Assembly (NCBI GenBank): GCA_024679065.1
Contig: JAGIQG010000005.1
Location: 68,324,001 to 68,388,000, forward strand
Source of the DNA: Sphyrna mokarran
Lineage: Eukaryota
Length of the DNA stretch: 64,000 bases
Direction of reading: 5' to 3'
The notes beneath the pieces were generated by a model that was given only the letters and a program-made list of their open reading frames with translations, made no database searches and was not told the origin of the DNA. The translations under genes and the position numbers were made by a program. Below are positions 51,357-64,000 of this stretch, one piece after another; within the stretch, counting starts at the first letter, position 1, and the number at the start of each line of letters is the position of its first letter.

Positions 51357-53198
51357 TCAAAATTTAAGTTTTCCTTCTCTGATTGAATCACAGGGAGGTA
51401 ATGGCAGTCCATTCTCTGGTTTCCTTGCCAAAAGCTTCCCCACTTCCCCACCCTATCCCAGTCCTTAGGGCTGTATTTAAATGCTGCACCAGTGAGTTAT
51501 GCTGTGGGATATTGTGTGTATGCACATGTGGCTTATTTCTGCTGTGACAGCTGATGGCAAAACACACCAACTCTTGCTTCCTTGATCTACTTCATTATGA
51601 TGTTTTAAGCTGTACTCAGTGGCAGGGCAATCCTGGATGGTACGTAGTTCACTATTATGTCCAGGTGCCACAGTAAAAAGGTGTCCAATATCACTATCCT
51701 ACTATTGAAGAAAGAAAGTAGACCAGCTGGAAGTGAAGATGGATCTCTGGAAGCACTCTGACCTGGGGAGAATGAAGATGGATATCCAGGAACATTTCAA
51801 GGCTAGAAGATAGACCCTACTGAGCCACCTAATCTGGAAGTTCAATCTGCAGATATTCTTAGTCACTCATTGTTGTGGTGTCCTGGGATAAGGGATTGTG
51901 GGCAACCTCCAGTCTGAACACTGAAGGCAGCTTCAGGCATTGATCCGGTGAAGCCTGACATCTCCACATCACAGTCTTCCGAATGTGTTGCATCTGTTCT
52001 CCCAACAGCATTGCAGAGAATTGGGCAAGGGAAGGGGGTGGGGGAAGGGTTTTGGGGGGATTGGACCTTCACCTGCTCCCATGAACAGGATGAAAATAAG
52101 GTTCACACCACTGACCATGAGTTTTCTGACCCTCCATGGCAGGCATGGTTGGAAGATTCAGGTGTGATTTCATGCAGACATGAAATTGACTCCTGGACCT
52201 CCTGCCAGTTCTTCCCCCTTGTTCTTCATGAGATATATTGGCAGACGCTTGGGAGAATTGTGCCCATTACCTGGTCATTCTCATATAGCTGTTTCTGAAA
52301 ATTTGCAAAGCACAAATTTTCTGCCACTTTTCCTACATTACATCATTAGCTACACTTTGGAAAATAATTCATTGGCTGCCGGGAATTTTGAGACATCTGG
52401 TCTTTGCGAAAAGCCAAGTGCAAGCCTTTCTTTTATTCCTTTCTGTCATAGATTAATATCTCAGATTTTAATATTATAAAGCAAATAAGACAGTCATCTG
52501 GGAAGTACAGGCATTTGAAAATACCATGATCAGAAACCAGCATGTTTCTTACCTCCTGATTTACTTTCCCCATCAGATTTTACGAAATGATCTGAACAGC
52601 AATGAAACTTTGATCTAATTTAATGTTTAATCAACAATAATTAAACTTGATGGGGTTACAACATAGTCATCATTTCAGGAGCAGAATAATATATTGCTTC
52701 ATGCATTTTGTGATACTCATATACTTCTAAAATATCGTATTCTCTGATTCACCATGAATAGTGACCTAATAGATTAGCTTACATCTGCATTTAAACATAG
52801 TTTATATTCATTATTTCACACATCACGAGTGACACTCACTTGTATTGACTTAAAAATTGAATTAATTGTGAGGATATCTTTACAGCATTAGAAATAGGTT
52901 AACAGTTTTGTTAAAGTAGTGAGCAAGGATTTGTCATACACATTCATTCTTCATCTGCTAATATCGACAACAGTAAATTTCAGCATTATATGTTTCAAGC
53001 TCTCCTATGGTATAAACGGATACATAATTCTAAAAAGAATTAGGGTATTGCATTTGAATTCAGATATTTGCAACTTAATTGTGATTTTTTTTCTATTGCT
53101 AAATGAGGTCCTTTCCTGCAATGCACTGCATTTCCTAAAGTTCTATATATGATTTCATTTATGTTAGTCTTTGACAACTATTTACTTGCGTTTTCTAG

Positions 53199-53376
53199 AG
53201 TGGAAGTTATCTGCATTCTTCAAGGGGCTGCATCCCTTGTAACTGCAATTCCTTTGGATCAAAATCATTTGACTGTGATGATAAAGGCCAGTGCAGATGC
53301 CAGCCTGGAGTGGCGGGACAGAAGTGTGATAGATGTGCTCTTGGTTTCTACAACTTCCAAGAAGGCGGCTGTGTCC
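53199..53376 (+). CDS. LAMA2: LAMA2 exon (~exon 21), LE repeat
   Basis: ttttctag|AGT...C|gtatgt; 178 nt; SGSYLHSSRGCIPCNCNSFGSKSFDCDDKGQCRCQPGVAGQKCDRCALGFYNFQEGGCV. Confidence 0.95.
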
Positions 53377-53574
53377 GTATGTAAATTCATTTAATTCCTT
53401 CTTTTCGGAAATGCATAAATTAATTAAAATTGTTGTAGATTTGGATGTTACGCATTTTGTTGGTGGTAATTAGTTAGTAAAATTAATTGCTATTTTAAAA
53501 AACTAATATATTTCATTAATGCCTGCATTCTGTTTAATAAAGCACTACTGAAGTTATTGATTGAAGCAGACTCC

Positions 53575-54515
53575 AGAGGCTGATCTCTCCCAAAATGTTT
53601 CTAAATGTCATAACGGCGAGAACAATGGAGGAATCTGGGCTAGTCTCCCAGGAGCGCTCTGCGTTGCAATCCTCCAACGCTCAGCTACTTTTTGGGAGAG
53701 TAGAGAATTTCCCACTGGCACTGGGGGAAGAAGGGGGCCAGGCAGGGCTTAAATGTACTGTAAGCCCAGCTTCAAAGTGCTTGGAAGCTGTTTCACAAGG
53801 GCACCCCAATCTCAGAGTGCGCTGCAAGAGCTCACCCATGGCACCCCGTCCCCTCATCAAAGCCATTATCCCCACCCTCTCCCCACCATGGATCATTGAT
53901 ATTAGGGCCATCCTATTAAGAGCCTTGATTTATCCCCTCATCAATATCCCCAACATGCTCCTCCATAAAAACTGCCTTCACGATCCACCATGCCTCGTTG
54001 TCATGGCCCCCACACAGACTCCAATCCCTCGGCATTTCCCTGGCACACTGGCAACATTTGGCCAGGATGTCCGGTGGCCACCGCTAAGCTGTCCAATGGT
54101 CATTGCCAGTGTGCCTGAAGCTCAGCCTCATTTTCCCACCACCTGATGGTTGCAGTAACCTCTAAGCCTGTCTGCCATAACCATTGCACTCGGTGTGTAT
54201 TAACAGAGACCAGGAGTGATTATCGCACCATGCCTGCAGGCCGTTGAATTCCGTGCACTGGTATTTGAACAGGTTATGCATATTTAAATACTACTTTAAA
54301 TATGTTAGTCAGATTCAAGCTCTTTCTTGGCACTATCTGGTTTGTATTATTAGGAAGGGGCCATGCAGAATTGCAAAACGTTTTGGCACTGGGTGCAAAA
54401 TGGATGTTTAGGCCTGCACCCTATTTTCCAAGATGATCTACTTCTACTATCTACTAATCTACTAATCTACTAACGATCTACTAATGGCATGAGGAGGTTG
54501 GAGGATCTCCCCCAG
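53575..54515. mobile_element. GC-richer degenerate non-autonomous repeat, probably a DNA-transposon derivative
   Basis: Abrupt GC rise and weak terminal symmetry (ggctgatctctccc / ggaggatctccccc); contains a short (ctactaat)n run at about 54447-54485. Confidence 0.4.
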
Positions 54516-55878
54516 GTCAATACTTAAGAGTAAACTGGATAGGCAAAAATAAATAATGGGATCTGGGAATGGTCAGGCATGTAGGATTAAGACTGACTCC
54601 AGTACAGCAGATTCGTATCAGTATTGAATGGTTGAGTAAAACGGTCTGTTTCCAAGTAATGATATGACATTGTGATTTCATAATGGGATGCACAATAATT
54701 ACAGTAAAAGAGAAATTGGGGAATATATGTAATATTTAGTAAATATTGCTTTGTTACTTTACATAGTTAATAGTGCATGTAGTTCTGAATTAAATTTAGT
54801 ATGAGTAGGAGCATGTTTTGCATACATAGTTTGTTCCCAGATTATATGTTATTTTGAGTAATATATACAAATGATTTTCTTTAGTATTTCAATTCATTAA
54901 AAAATGTTTATTAATTATATAAATAAATATAGACAATACATAATGCAAGGAGAGGTTAGAAGTAAAGAGCAATTGCCTTTAAATTAGGCTGCAGGATAAT
55001 AGACTATAAAACGCTTAAAGCACTTGTCTGAAATTCATTGTTCCAGTATTTTAGCACTGACATTAACTCCTTTATTGTAAATAGGTTAATGCTTTTTCTA
55101 AGAGAAGAATTTTAGATGGATGTGTTAAGCATTTGAACTCAATTACCCACAATATAATTTCAAGATCATTGACTCTATGGCATTGCAAATATGTAGAGCA
55201 GGCATCTAGCACTGAGGTGCAAAACTGCATTAAAAACCTGCATTTACTGTTGCATTTTATAGGTAATTCAGGGTGATTGAAAAGCTTTATATATGATATA
55301 GTTAGATTAATTAGGCCTGCCCCCTTATTGGTAGGTCTCAGATTACATTGTAAGTCAGAACTGCACAGTATGCTTTATAACTAGTGTGTCAACCCCAAGA
55401 TTAGATTATAGCTATAAATCAACTCTCTGTATCTGCTATTAATTGTATTATATATTGTTTCAATGTTGTGCTGTAGGATTTATTTGCTTTTGGCCAGCTT
55501 ATGTTCTGTTAGTAGCTATTAGATGCGTGATGTGAATGTGTGCTTTATGTTCTTGATAGGATAACACCATTACTTCAAGGATATTTTTAAAAAAAATGAA
55601 TTATTATTAAATTCCAAATCCATAATATTTTTCACTTTATGGCTTTTTGTTATTTTCTCATTGTAAATATGAGTTACTTATTAATTATAACCAAACAAAC
55701 ATTGCCTCAAAGATTTGACATTTTACATTATTTAATTTTTGTATAAATGTTGATGCATAAAAATAGTTCCTAAACGCTTGGCAGCTAAGTTGTCAATGGG
55801 AGAAGCTAAGCTAATTTTGTTTTCCTTTAACAGTATTAGACTAGACTGCTCATTTTTTTTCTTCATTTCTCTACAAAG

Positions 55879-56015
55879 CATGTGAATGTGCCCATGTCGG
55901 CAATCATTGCGATTCAGAAACTGGACAGTGTGTCTGCCCTCCAAATACAGTGGGTGAAAAATGTGACAAATGTGCTGCAAATTACTGGGGACATAACTTT
56001 GTCAGTGGATGTAAA
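55879..56015 (+). CDS. LAMA2: LAMA2 exon (~exon 22), LE repeat
   Basis: ttctctacaaag|CA...AAA|gtaagt; 137 nt; (P)[45 protein letters not shown]. Confidence 0.95.
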
Positions 56016-56148
56016 GTAAGTTTATTGATGAATACATTTTTAATTGTTAGAATGCTCTTTTTAATATGCGCATGAGGACTGTGTCCAATTAAAAAAAAAG
56101 GCCCTCATTTACTTCAGCAACGTTGATTGTAAAAAATAAATAGTTTGT

Positions 56149-56197
56149 TTTTAAAATATTTCTTTCTCCTTTGATTTTAAAATATTTCTTTCTCCTT
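56149..56197 (+). repeat. Local tandem duplication of ~23 bp
   Basis: ttttaaaatatttctttctcctt occurs twice in tandem. Confidence 0.8.
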
Positions 56198-56254
56198 TTT
56201 TGGGATTATGCATGACATTCCCTGAGATGGGAACATTTAAGTCATGAAGAGAGC

Positions 56255-56612
56255 AGAAAAGACTGAGGAGTGACCTGGTTGAGATGTACAAGACTATAAG
56301 GGAGAGAGTGGATGGGAGCAGCTGATTCCCTTAATTGAAGGGTCAGTTACAAGGAGACACAAGTTAAAAGTGAGGGATGGGAGGTTGAGGGGGGAGATGA
56401 GAAAACATTTTTACTCAGAGGGTAGTGATGTTCTGGAATGCACTGCCTGGAGGGTGGTAAGGGTGTGTTGGTTCACATCCTTTAAAAAGTAACTGGATGA
56501 GTACAAGGCAAGGGCCAAGTGCTGGCAAGTGGGATTAGGTGGGCAGGTCAGTGCAGATTCAATGGGCCAAAGGGCCTCTTCTGCACTCTAATAATCTGTG
56601 ATTGTGTGATTC
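56255..56612 (+). mobile_element. CR1 (HER1-like) LINE 3' end
   Basis: LRSDLVEMYKTI...TRRHKLKV...FTQRVVMFWNALP, then the tail atgggccaaagggcctcttctgcactct..tgtgattct. Confidence 0.85.
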
Positions 56613-58174
56613 TCCACTGAGAAGATGGACAACAGACCTCCTACCTTCTGCTAGTTTAATTAATAGATCAGTTGCTGTCAAATATTTTAAGTTGCTAGAT
56701 GAATTTCTGTTCCTCATGTATTTAATTTCTGCATGGTATTTACTGAGTATGTTACATGTATGACTGGTACTTACTTTGTGGAGGATTGTGAGCATGAATT
56801 TATGTACTACAATTCTATTGCAAAGCTTTCCTAAGTTTTGACATTAAACTGTTCCCTGGTGTATCAACTTATCTGACAGATGTGATGTACTACTAATAGC
56901 CTCCAGAGTTCAAAAGCTATAAGGAAGATCTTGCATGTGTCAAATAGTATTACATCAAGGGGCTGTAACAATATTGTAAACTACAAGTGCGATGTTTTTA
57001 CAAATTAATGAAGTGTGATGGTGCCTTAGCACATAACCAAGACTGTAATTTATACAATCAAAACATGACTCAACAATTATTACATTTAAATAGTGAAATT
57101 GAAACTGTTCTTCCTGACTTGGAAGATGTATCACACTCTACTAAAGTGATGAAGCTCAGTCAAAATTAGAGGAGTTTGAAGTGGTTTTATGATAACATTT
57201 TGGTTATTTATTTTTAGCTCTAGGATTTCTAAGAGTACTTTAAATAGTCAATTATTAAATTGTGTGTAAAATAATTAGGAAGTTGAAACTGTACAATAAG
57301 AAATAGAAGCAAGTTTAATTCATGTATTTCATCAAGCCTGCTCTGCATTGAATGAAGTCATGGTTGAATGAATAGAATATTTATTTTACGTAATGTGTGC
57401 TGAATGAAGAATGCTTGTATTGCCCGGTGGACTAATTATAGTAAATAACTGCTTTATTGTAGATGTTCACTTTTATAACATTCTACTTTCATTTGAGACC
57501 TACTAAGAAGGTTTCTTTTCAACTGAATGTAATAAAGGGCACAAGCGCCTCCTTACCCTTTGAGAGGGTGCTGAAATGATTTGTCCCATACCAAAGATGA
57601 CCTGAATGGTTTAAGAAAGAGTGTCCAAGCTGAAATAAATGGGCCACATTTAGCTCCAACTCCTGGAGTCAGGGCCATAATGCAGCTATGAATTTGTGCT
57701 TATCTTTGTTATTTGCTTGTATGACGTGTGTGAATTCCATTAGTGTTTGGAAGATATTCCCATTTATGTCCATATTTAATTATGTATTTGCTGGAGACTT
57801 GATATTATCTGTAGTCCACATCCCAAAAATCACATAATTTGCAGCAGTTATCTTAACAGTTTGCTTATGTCTAATTTTTATAAGTATTTACTGAAAGTTC
57901 AAAGTTTTTTGGGCATGATATTGCAAAGAAAGGGAAGTCAAATATCACTGTATTGGGTATGGCATGAAAGAAGATTACTGATAGAACTGAAGTGGAGGGA
58001 CCAAAAGAATGACAACTGAACAGGAGCATGTAAGAAGGGGAAGAAAGTGTCACCTTTTCCACGTGGGAAGCAATGAAGTGTTGCTAGATCACATGCAAAG
58101 GAAAATGAGAAAAACATAAGCCTAAATTGGGGATTTGAAAAGGAAATCTGTTGTAAATTGAACTAGAGAAGCAG

Positions 58175-60760
58175 CTAAAGAGCACAGAAGGGAACCATTC
58201 AGCCAATCAATTCGATACCAGCTCTTTGTAGAGCAACCCTGTCATACCTATGTATCCCCCATTCTATTCCTGTAGCCCTGCATGTTTACTTCCATCAAGT
58301 ACCATTCACTTTAATTCTGAAATCCATTAATCAGCTTCACTTCCATCACTCTCATAAACAACGCATTCAAGATCATTATCACTTACTATGTAAAAAAAAA
58401 AAGTTCTTCTTCACAATTCCCCCTGCAATTTTTTCCCCAAAACCTTAAATCTATATTTGCTATTCCTTGTATCATCAGCTAATGTAAACAGCATCTATCA
58501 TATCTGAACTGTACATTTTTATCAAATCTCTTGCAATCTGCTTTGGTCTAAGTTGAACAAACTCAGCTTCACCAAGTTTAACTTTGAGGCTAAAATCCCT
58601 TGTCCCTGGAGCCATTCTGGTAAATTTCTGCTATGCTCTCGTGAGCAACCTGACATCCTTCCTAAAGTGTTGTGACCAGAATGGATTTGAATTTCCAGCT
58701 GTGGCTTAACCTAAACCATATATAGATTCAGCATATCTTTGCTGCTTTTGTGCTCAAAGCTCTATCTATGAAACCCAAGATGCCATTTGCTTTTCTAACT
58801 ATTCTCACAATATGTCACACAACTTTAAGGAGATGTGCACATGAATCTCAGATACTCTCTGCCCCTGCTCAGAACTGTACCAATAACTTTATATTGCCTC
58901 TCCCTATTCCTTCTGTCAAAGCACACTTCATGTGTTAAATTCCATTTATCCATTTTACTAGCCTGTCTGTATCCTGTTGGTTCAGTTTTTATCATCCTTA
59001 CTGCTAGGTTATGTATCCACAGTAAAATTTAAATTTTACATTTTATTGCAACATTCAAGTCTTGCAATGAAGTTTGGGAAAGTACAGCCATTCTCCATTC
59101 TGGAAAAAAACAACCATTTATCGGGGCCTAACATTGTCTGTCCTTCAAGCAAATTTTTTGTCCAGGCTGTCATTGACCTTTCTATTCCATAAGCCTGAAT
59201 TTTGTTGATAGTTTTATGTGGTACTACTTGAAATATTTTCTTAAAAATCATACAGATAAAATCCATTGCATTCCCTTATCAAACTTCTCTGTTACTTTAT
59301 CAAAAATTCAGTTGGAATACTGAAACATGATCCACTTTTCATAAATCCATGCTGGCTCTCCTTAATTAACTCAAACTCGTCCAAGTGATTTTTTTTTCCC
59401 CTGATTATTATTTTACATGTTACCGATTACTGATGTTCAACTAACTGGCCTGTAGTTGCTATGACTTGACGAAGAATGTAACTTTTTTATTCATTCATAA
59501 GATGTGGGCATCCACATTTTCAACCACATTGCTGGTCTAGGCCAGACCAGCTAAGGATGACAGATTTCCTTCCCCAAAGGACATTAGTGAACCAGAGAGT
59601 TTTCATGACATCTGAAAATGGTTTAATGGTCGTTAGACTTTAAGTTACAGATTTTTATTGAATTCAAATTTCATCATTTGATGTGGTGTATTTGAACCCT
59701 GGGCCCACAGAGCATTATCCTTGATCTCAGGATTACTAATCCAATGACAATACACTACACTACTCTCCAATTCAATGGCACTTCCCCGACTGCCATATCT
59801 GGACAAGAATAGAAGATTATTTCAAGTTCTTCCATTATCTTCATTCCCAGTATTTTTTTAAAACCTGTAAAGTAGATTATTTATCCACTCGACGTATAGC
59901 CAGCTTTTCTATGACATCACCTCATCCATTACCCATACTATCTCCATTTCTACTGAGATTTTGTCGGTGTTCTCTTCCTTAGTAAAGACCAATCCAGAAG
60001 AATCAATAATTGTTCTAGCCTTGCTCTCCCCCCACCCCTCCCCAACTATATATCATTTTCTTTCTCCCTAGTAGGCCTCAAACCACCTGTTATGACATTT
60101 TTTTAATATTCCATTTAAAGATTCTTCTTTGCTCTTTTATGTCAACTGCAATTCCACTCTCTTCTCCCTTCACCAATTTTATTTTCCTGTTCATTCCCAC
60201 ACTCAAGTTATTTTCTTTGGCCTGATTCTCATTTGAGCATTCACCTGATATACATTAAGCATACTTTGTTTCATTATGTTTTCTGTTTCCTTCTTCATCC
60301 AAAGAGCTCCAGCTTTGATTCCTGTATTTTTTGACCTAGTTGGAATGTTTCTAATTTATACCTGGAAAATCTCCTCTTTGAAAGATTTCACATTGTTCTT
60401 TTCCAATTTTTCCCCTCAGTATTTGGTTAAATGTTATCTTGGCTTAATCCATTCTCATCATTTGATAGTTCCCTGCTCTTCACTATTAATGTAAAGTTTA
60501 CGATACATTGATCACTCTTCACCAGTTAACCCCACATGAAATACTTGGGCTCCTTGGCCTATCTCCCCAGCAGCAGATGTAGCAATGCCTCCTTCCTCGC
60601 TGGACCAAGAACATATTGGTCAGGGAAGATCTGCTGCACACATTTCAGAAATTCCTGTCCCTTCCTACTTTTTAGCCTAACATTACTCCAATTCATATTT
60701 GAGTAATTAAAATCCTACAATATCATCACTCCACAGTTCTTGTATATCTCTAGGATTTCT
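58175..60760 (-). mobile_element. Long decayed CR1 LINE
   Basis: ORF 59036-59266 MDFICMIFKKIFQVVPHKTINKIQAYGI resembles the CR1 RT motif YMDFxKAFDKVPH..KI.AHGI; CR1 3' tail near 58180. Confidence 0.75.
59485..59770 (-). mobile_element. tRNA-derived SINE nested in the CR1 element
   Basis: Minus-strand head with A-box-like tagtgtagtgta and B-box-like gggttcaaatac; body shared with 3765-4100. Confidence 0.75.
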
Positions 60761-63469
60761 TTGCAGAGGAAGGAGAATTTCAGCATGAACTAGTGGGAAT
60801 GAGAACAGAGTGAAAGCTTTAACTGGTGTGGAGAGCAACAAGGAGCAGGCTGATGTGAATTGGTGGGTGGAGTCTGATGGAGAATGTGATCATGAAGAAT
60901 GTGGGGAACTCAGTAGATTGCTTGCATGAATTGATTGGGAGCAGCAACATGGGGCGTGTATATGCAGGTTGAGGATGAGAGTCAACTTATACAAGGAGAG
61001 AAAAAGAATTGAATAATTGCAAAATTGAATTGGCAAGATAGGAAAATGATTGACAATTTTGAATTTGCTTCCTCTAGCCCTCACTGGAATAGAGTTTGAA
61101 TCTCATTTATTGTTAGGCTTTTTTTTCAAAAAAAGCAGAAAATTAATTAAGACTTTTTTCCACTGCTTTTGGGAGAAACAAGTTACTTACAAGCAATATA
61201 ATTAATGCCTGACTGTCAGATGAAAAACTGCTTTCAATAAAAATGAAGAAATGTCACATGTCTTTTTAGCTGAAATAAAAATGCAATCTTTTTGTTCGTT
61301 ACAAATTTCAAAATGCTGAAAAAAATCAAATAGAGTATCAAAAGTCAAATGCTTGAGGAGTCATGCATCTAAAAACTTGAGGATAAACCTTGTGACATAA
61401 GTTGCTTGAGAGTTTTAATGGGCACTCTGCCTATTTTATTGGGACACTAACATGGAGCTTCCTCTGGCCTTGTTTGGAAGCATTGCTTTGACTCTCCTCC
61501 AAACAAAGCAAATCATGTAGACTGCATGAGCAGGCCTCAGGATGGGACTTTAATCTGCTGGAGATTATCGCACTTTCATGACAATGGTGATGGACTGTTA
61601 TGTAAGCAATGGACTGTTATGCTGTTATGGAGTGAAAAGAGACATTCTGACCTCCTGAATGCCCACAATGAGGGCGAACTGGCTTATAGTCTGATTTTGG
61701 GAAGAGATTTTTTTAACAGTAATCCCATACTAGACTTCCATTGTTTGGGGACAGCCACAAGCCTGACCATCAGCACTACACTGCAGATCCTCCTTAAGCA
61801 GATGATCATCTGAGTTGCATCCTAAGTGGTGCAACTGCCAGTCATGTATATAGGGTGAAGTCCTAATTACCATCAGGTTAGAAGTAGGGAATGTCAATGT
61901 TGAGTATGGTCATGGGATAATCACAAGGCCATTACATTCACATCCTCATTTCTATTTATCTTTTTCTTCAACGTATACTGTAGTCCAGTAATTATGGCAC
62001 TGAATTTGATGGAGCTTATAACATTACATCAAAATTTCAATAGCCAGAAAGACGTAGTCAAAAGCTGAAGCTATATTATAATATAAATATATATATTATT
62101 AAATATAGTTTCTTGACATAAGAATCCCATTAAAACATCATGGTATAGAACTAGCATCTCCTATGCTGAATGTACACTATTTTACATGGCCAGTAGGTGC
62201 TAAATAAGTACAGAACTGAAAAGACTACTTAAGCAGTTTTGATGCCCTTCTCACCTACTTTTCCTATTGTTATTTGCTTTCTTTTCTCCAATCATTTTTA
62301 ATTTTTGAGCCTTGTGTGAATAATTCCCATTTTTTTAAATTCCAGAGCAATTATGGACATCATGGAATTTCCCAAACAAAATTCTCTATAAGAAGATTTG
62401 TTGAAATAGAAGAGATTGATAGATTCTTGCAATCTAAAGGAATATGCTCTGAGTCAGATTGCTTCAACTGTTGCACAGCTTCCAGCATTTTAATCCTATC
62501 TCCTGAGACTCCGTTCTCCTGGATTTCCAACCTTTACTTATTGGTGCAATTTCAGCTCTTTAATAGCAGGCTAGATACACTGGGCTGACACTGTCCTTGG
62601 ATTTACCACACTCTAATTTCCCCAGCTGCACCAAGCTATAAATAGCACCCCTGGCTCCTTCTGAGCCCTAGCTATCTCCACCATGGACCCAGTGAGCTTC
62701 TCTGCTCCCCAGGACTTCCTCTGAGCTCTAACTGTGCATACGAATGAAGTGACTTCTCCTGAACCCCAACTAAACAAAGTCAACTAACAGCAATGCTTTT
62801 GCTGTCTGGAGCCTGTTAAAAGCAGTACCTTTTCGATTGCTCTACTGCAGACTACTCACTCCCCGTACAGATATATTGAAACCCTAGATCTTTCTTAAAC
62901 TCCCTGTACCTTCATGATGACATAGCTTTCCAGGGCACACTGAATGCATTTAAATTAATTCCCAAATCAATACAACTCTCTGGGCTGCATGTCCTTGCAA
63001 ATAGTGTAAATGCCTACTTTGGGATTTTCCGAGCTGTGATTTTTAGACCCATCAAAATCAAAGGTCATTTTGCTGCCTCTCCACGGTACTGGCAGGACTG
63101 GAAAATTCTGCCCTCATCTCCAGTTCTCGAGCTAAACAAGCCCACCCGTTGTTTTATGATCTTACATTCCTTGCTGTTAATCCCTTACATCAACATGGCC
63201 CCAGCCTTTTCAGTGTAATTGTCTTCAAGGTATATTTATCCCATTTTCCAAAGTCAATCTTTAACCTTCCCAGAACTAAATATTACTTCAAAAATATCAT
63301 GATGAGGCATGAACTAGATATTTATAGGAATTGGGACAGCCATTTCAGGTTGGTTATTTTGTTTGATTCTTAACTTGGATATTTCATAATGTTGCAGGTT
63401 TAAATGCAATTAGTATTTGATCTAAATGTAGCAAATTTGTACATATGTATTTTCTTGCCTTTTTCTTAG

Positions 63470-63703
63470 CCCTGTAGCTGTACTACTGCAGGATCATTAA
63501 ATCTTCAGTGTGACGATGTAACAGGCTGCTGCTTCTGCCGTCCAGAATTTACAGGGGAAAAGTGTGACCGATGCAGAACAGGTTATTGGAATTATCCACA
63601 GTGCAGGCAGTGTGGTTGTGATTTGGCTGGCACAGAAAGCCAAAGCTGTGATGAAGCGGGGATTTGTTCATGCGCAGAATATAACGGGCAGTGTAACTGT
63701 AAG
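63470..63703 (+). CDS. LAMA2: LAMA2 exon (~exon 23), LE repeats
   Basis: ttttcttag|CCC...AAG|gtgagt; 234 nt; PCSCTTAGSLNLQCDDVTGCCFCRPEFTGEKCDRCRTGYWNYPQCRQCGCDLAGTESQSCDEAGICSCAEYNGQCNCK. Confidence 0.95.
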
Positions 63704-64000
63704 GTGAGTCTACCTTCTATAATGGATGAGACCTTGTAATACCCAGTAAGTACTTAACATCTGCCAAAATGATTGTTTTTATGAAACTCATAGTCAATTT
63801 TCAGGTTTGAGCTTTGTTTAAGTCCATTTATTTTTAACAATAAGGAAAACTAATGTGTAAAACTGAAGGAAACAAGCTTTGTTACAGAATAGATTCAAAG
63901 TTTCTAATAACTACTGGGTTTTGGGAGGTGTGTGAGACTTTTGCCATAGAACTAGTTATTATTCAAAAGCCAGGGTCTGTTAATGGCACTTGAACCACAG

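Larger units (their letters stand above)
5128..63703 (+). other. LAMA2: Internal part of a laminin subunit alpha-2 gene (L4a end plus LEb repeats); the gene extends beyond both window edges
   Basis: Ten phase-compatible GT-AG exons (212,112,114,128,87,212,107,178,137,234 nt) join into 507 aa with no stop codon. Motifs such as CIPCNCNSFGSKSFDC, YNFQEGGC, NLDLSVPGSC and RRVNGTLYGG match LAMA2 as recalled better than LAMA1. Confidence 0.9.

Noticed and set aside
10686-53394. ORF-track starts and ends around exons (e.g. 10686, 24697, 39913, 46912, 53149)
   Set aside because: These are intronic extensions or off-frame readings; the true boundaries are the splice sites.
53595-54146. Longest ORF in the track (183 aa)
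   Set aside because: Lies inside a GC-richer degenerate repeat; Pro-rich, with no recognisable domain or splice context.

Overview
Eukaryotic, AT-rich genomic DNA, most likely from a shark or ray (inferred from HE1-type V-SINEs and other elasmobranch-style repeats). The window lies inside one + strand laminin alpha-chain gene, best matching LAMA2. Ten GT-AG exons, corresponding to about exons 14-23 of human LAMA2 (numbering from memory), splice in frame to 1521 nt / 507 aa. They encode the end of the L4a domain and the LEb laminin-EGF repeats. An eleventh, phase 0-0, 282-nt exon (46993-47274) adds an extra LE module with a 35-residue loop insert and an odd cysteine count, and looks like a cassette exon. 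The introns hold decayed Gypsy, Penelope, CR1/L2 and Harbinger elements, SINEs and MITEs. Several Penelope-derived termini carry minimal hammerhead-ribozyme motifs; one (14206-14249, minus strand) has a fully intact catalytic core. Most six-frame ORFs are intronic noise or TE remnants. Exon coordinates were read base by base; TE boundaries are approximate.
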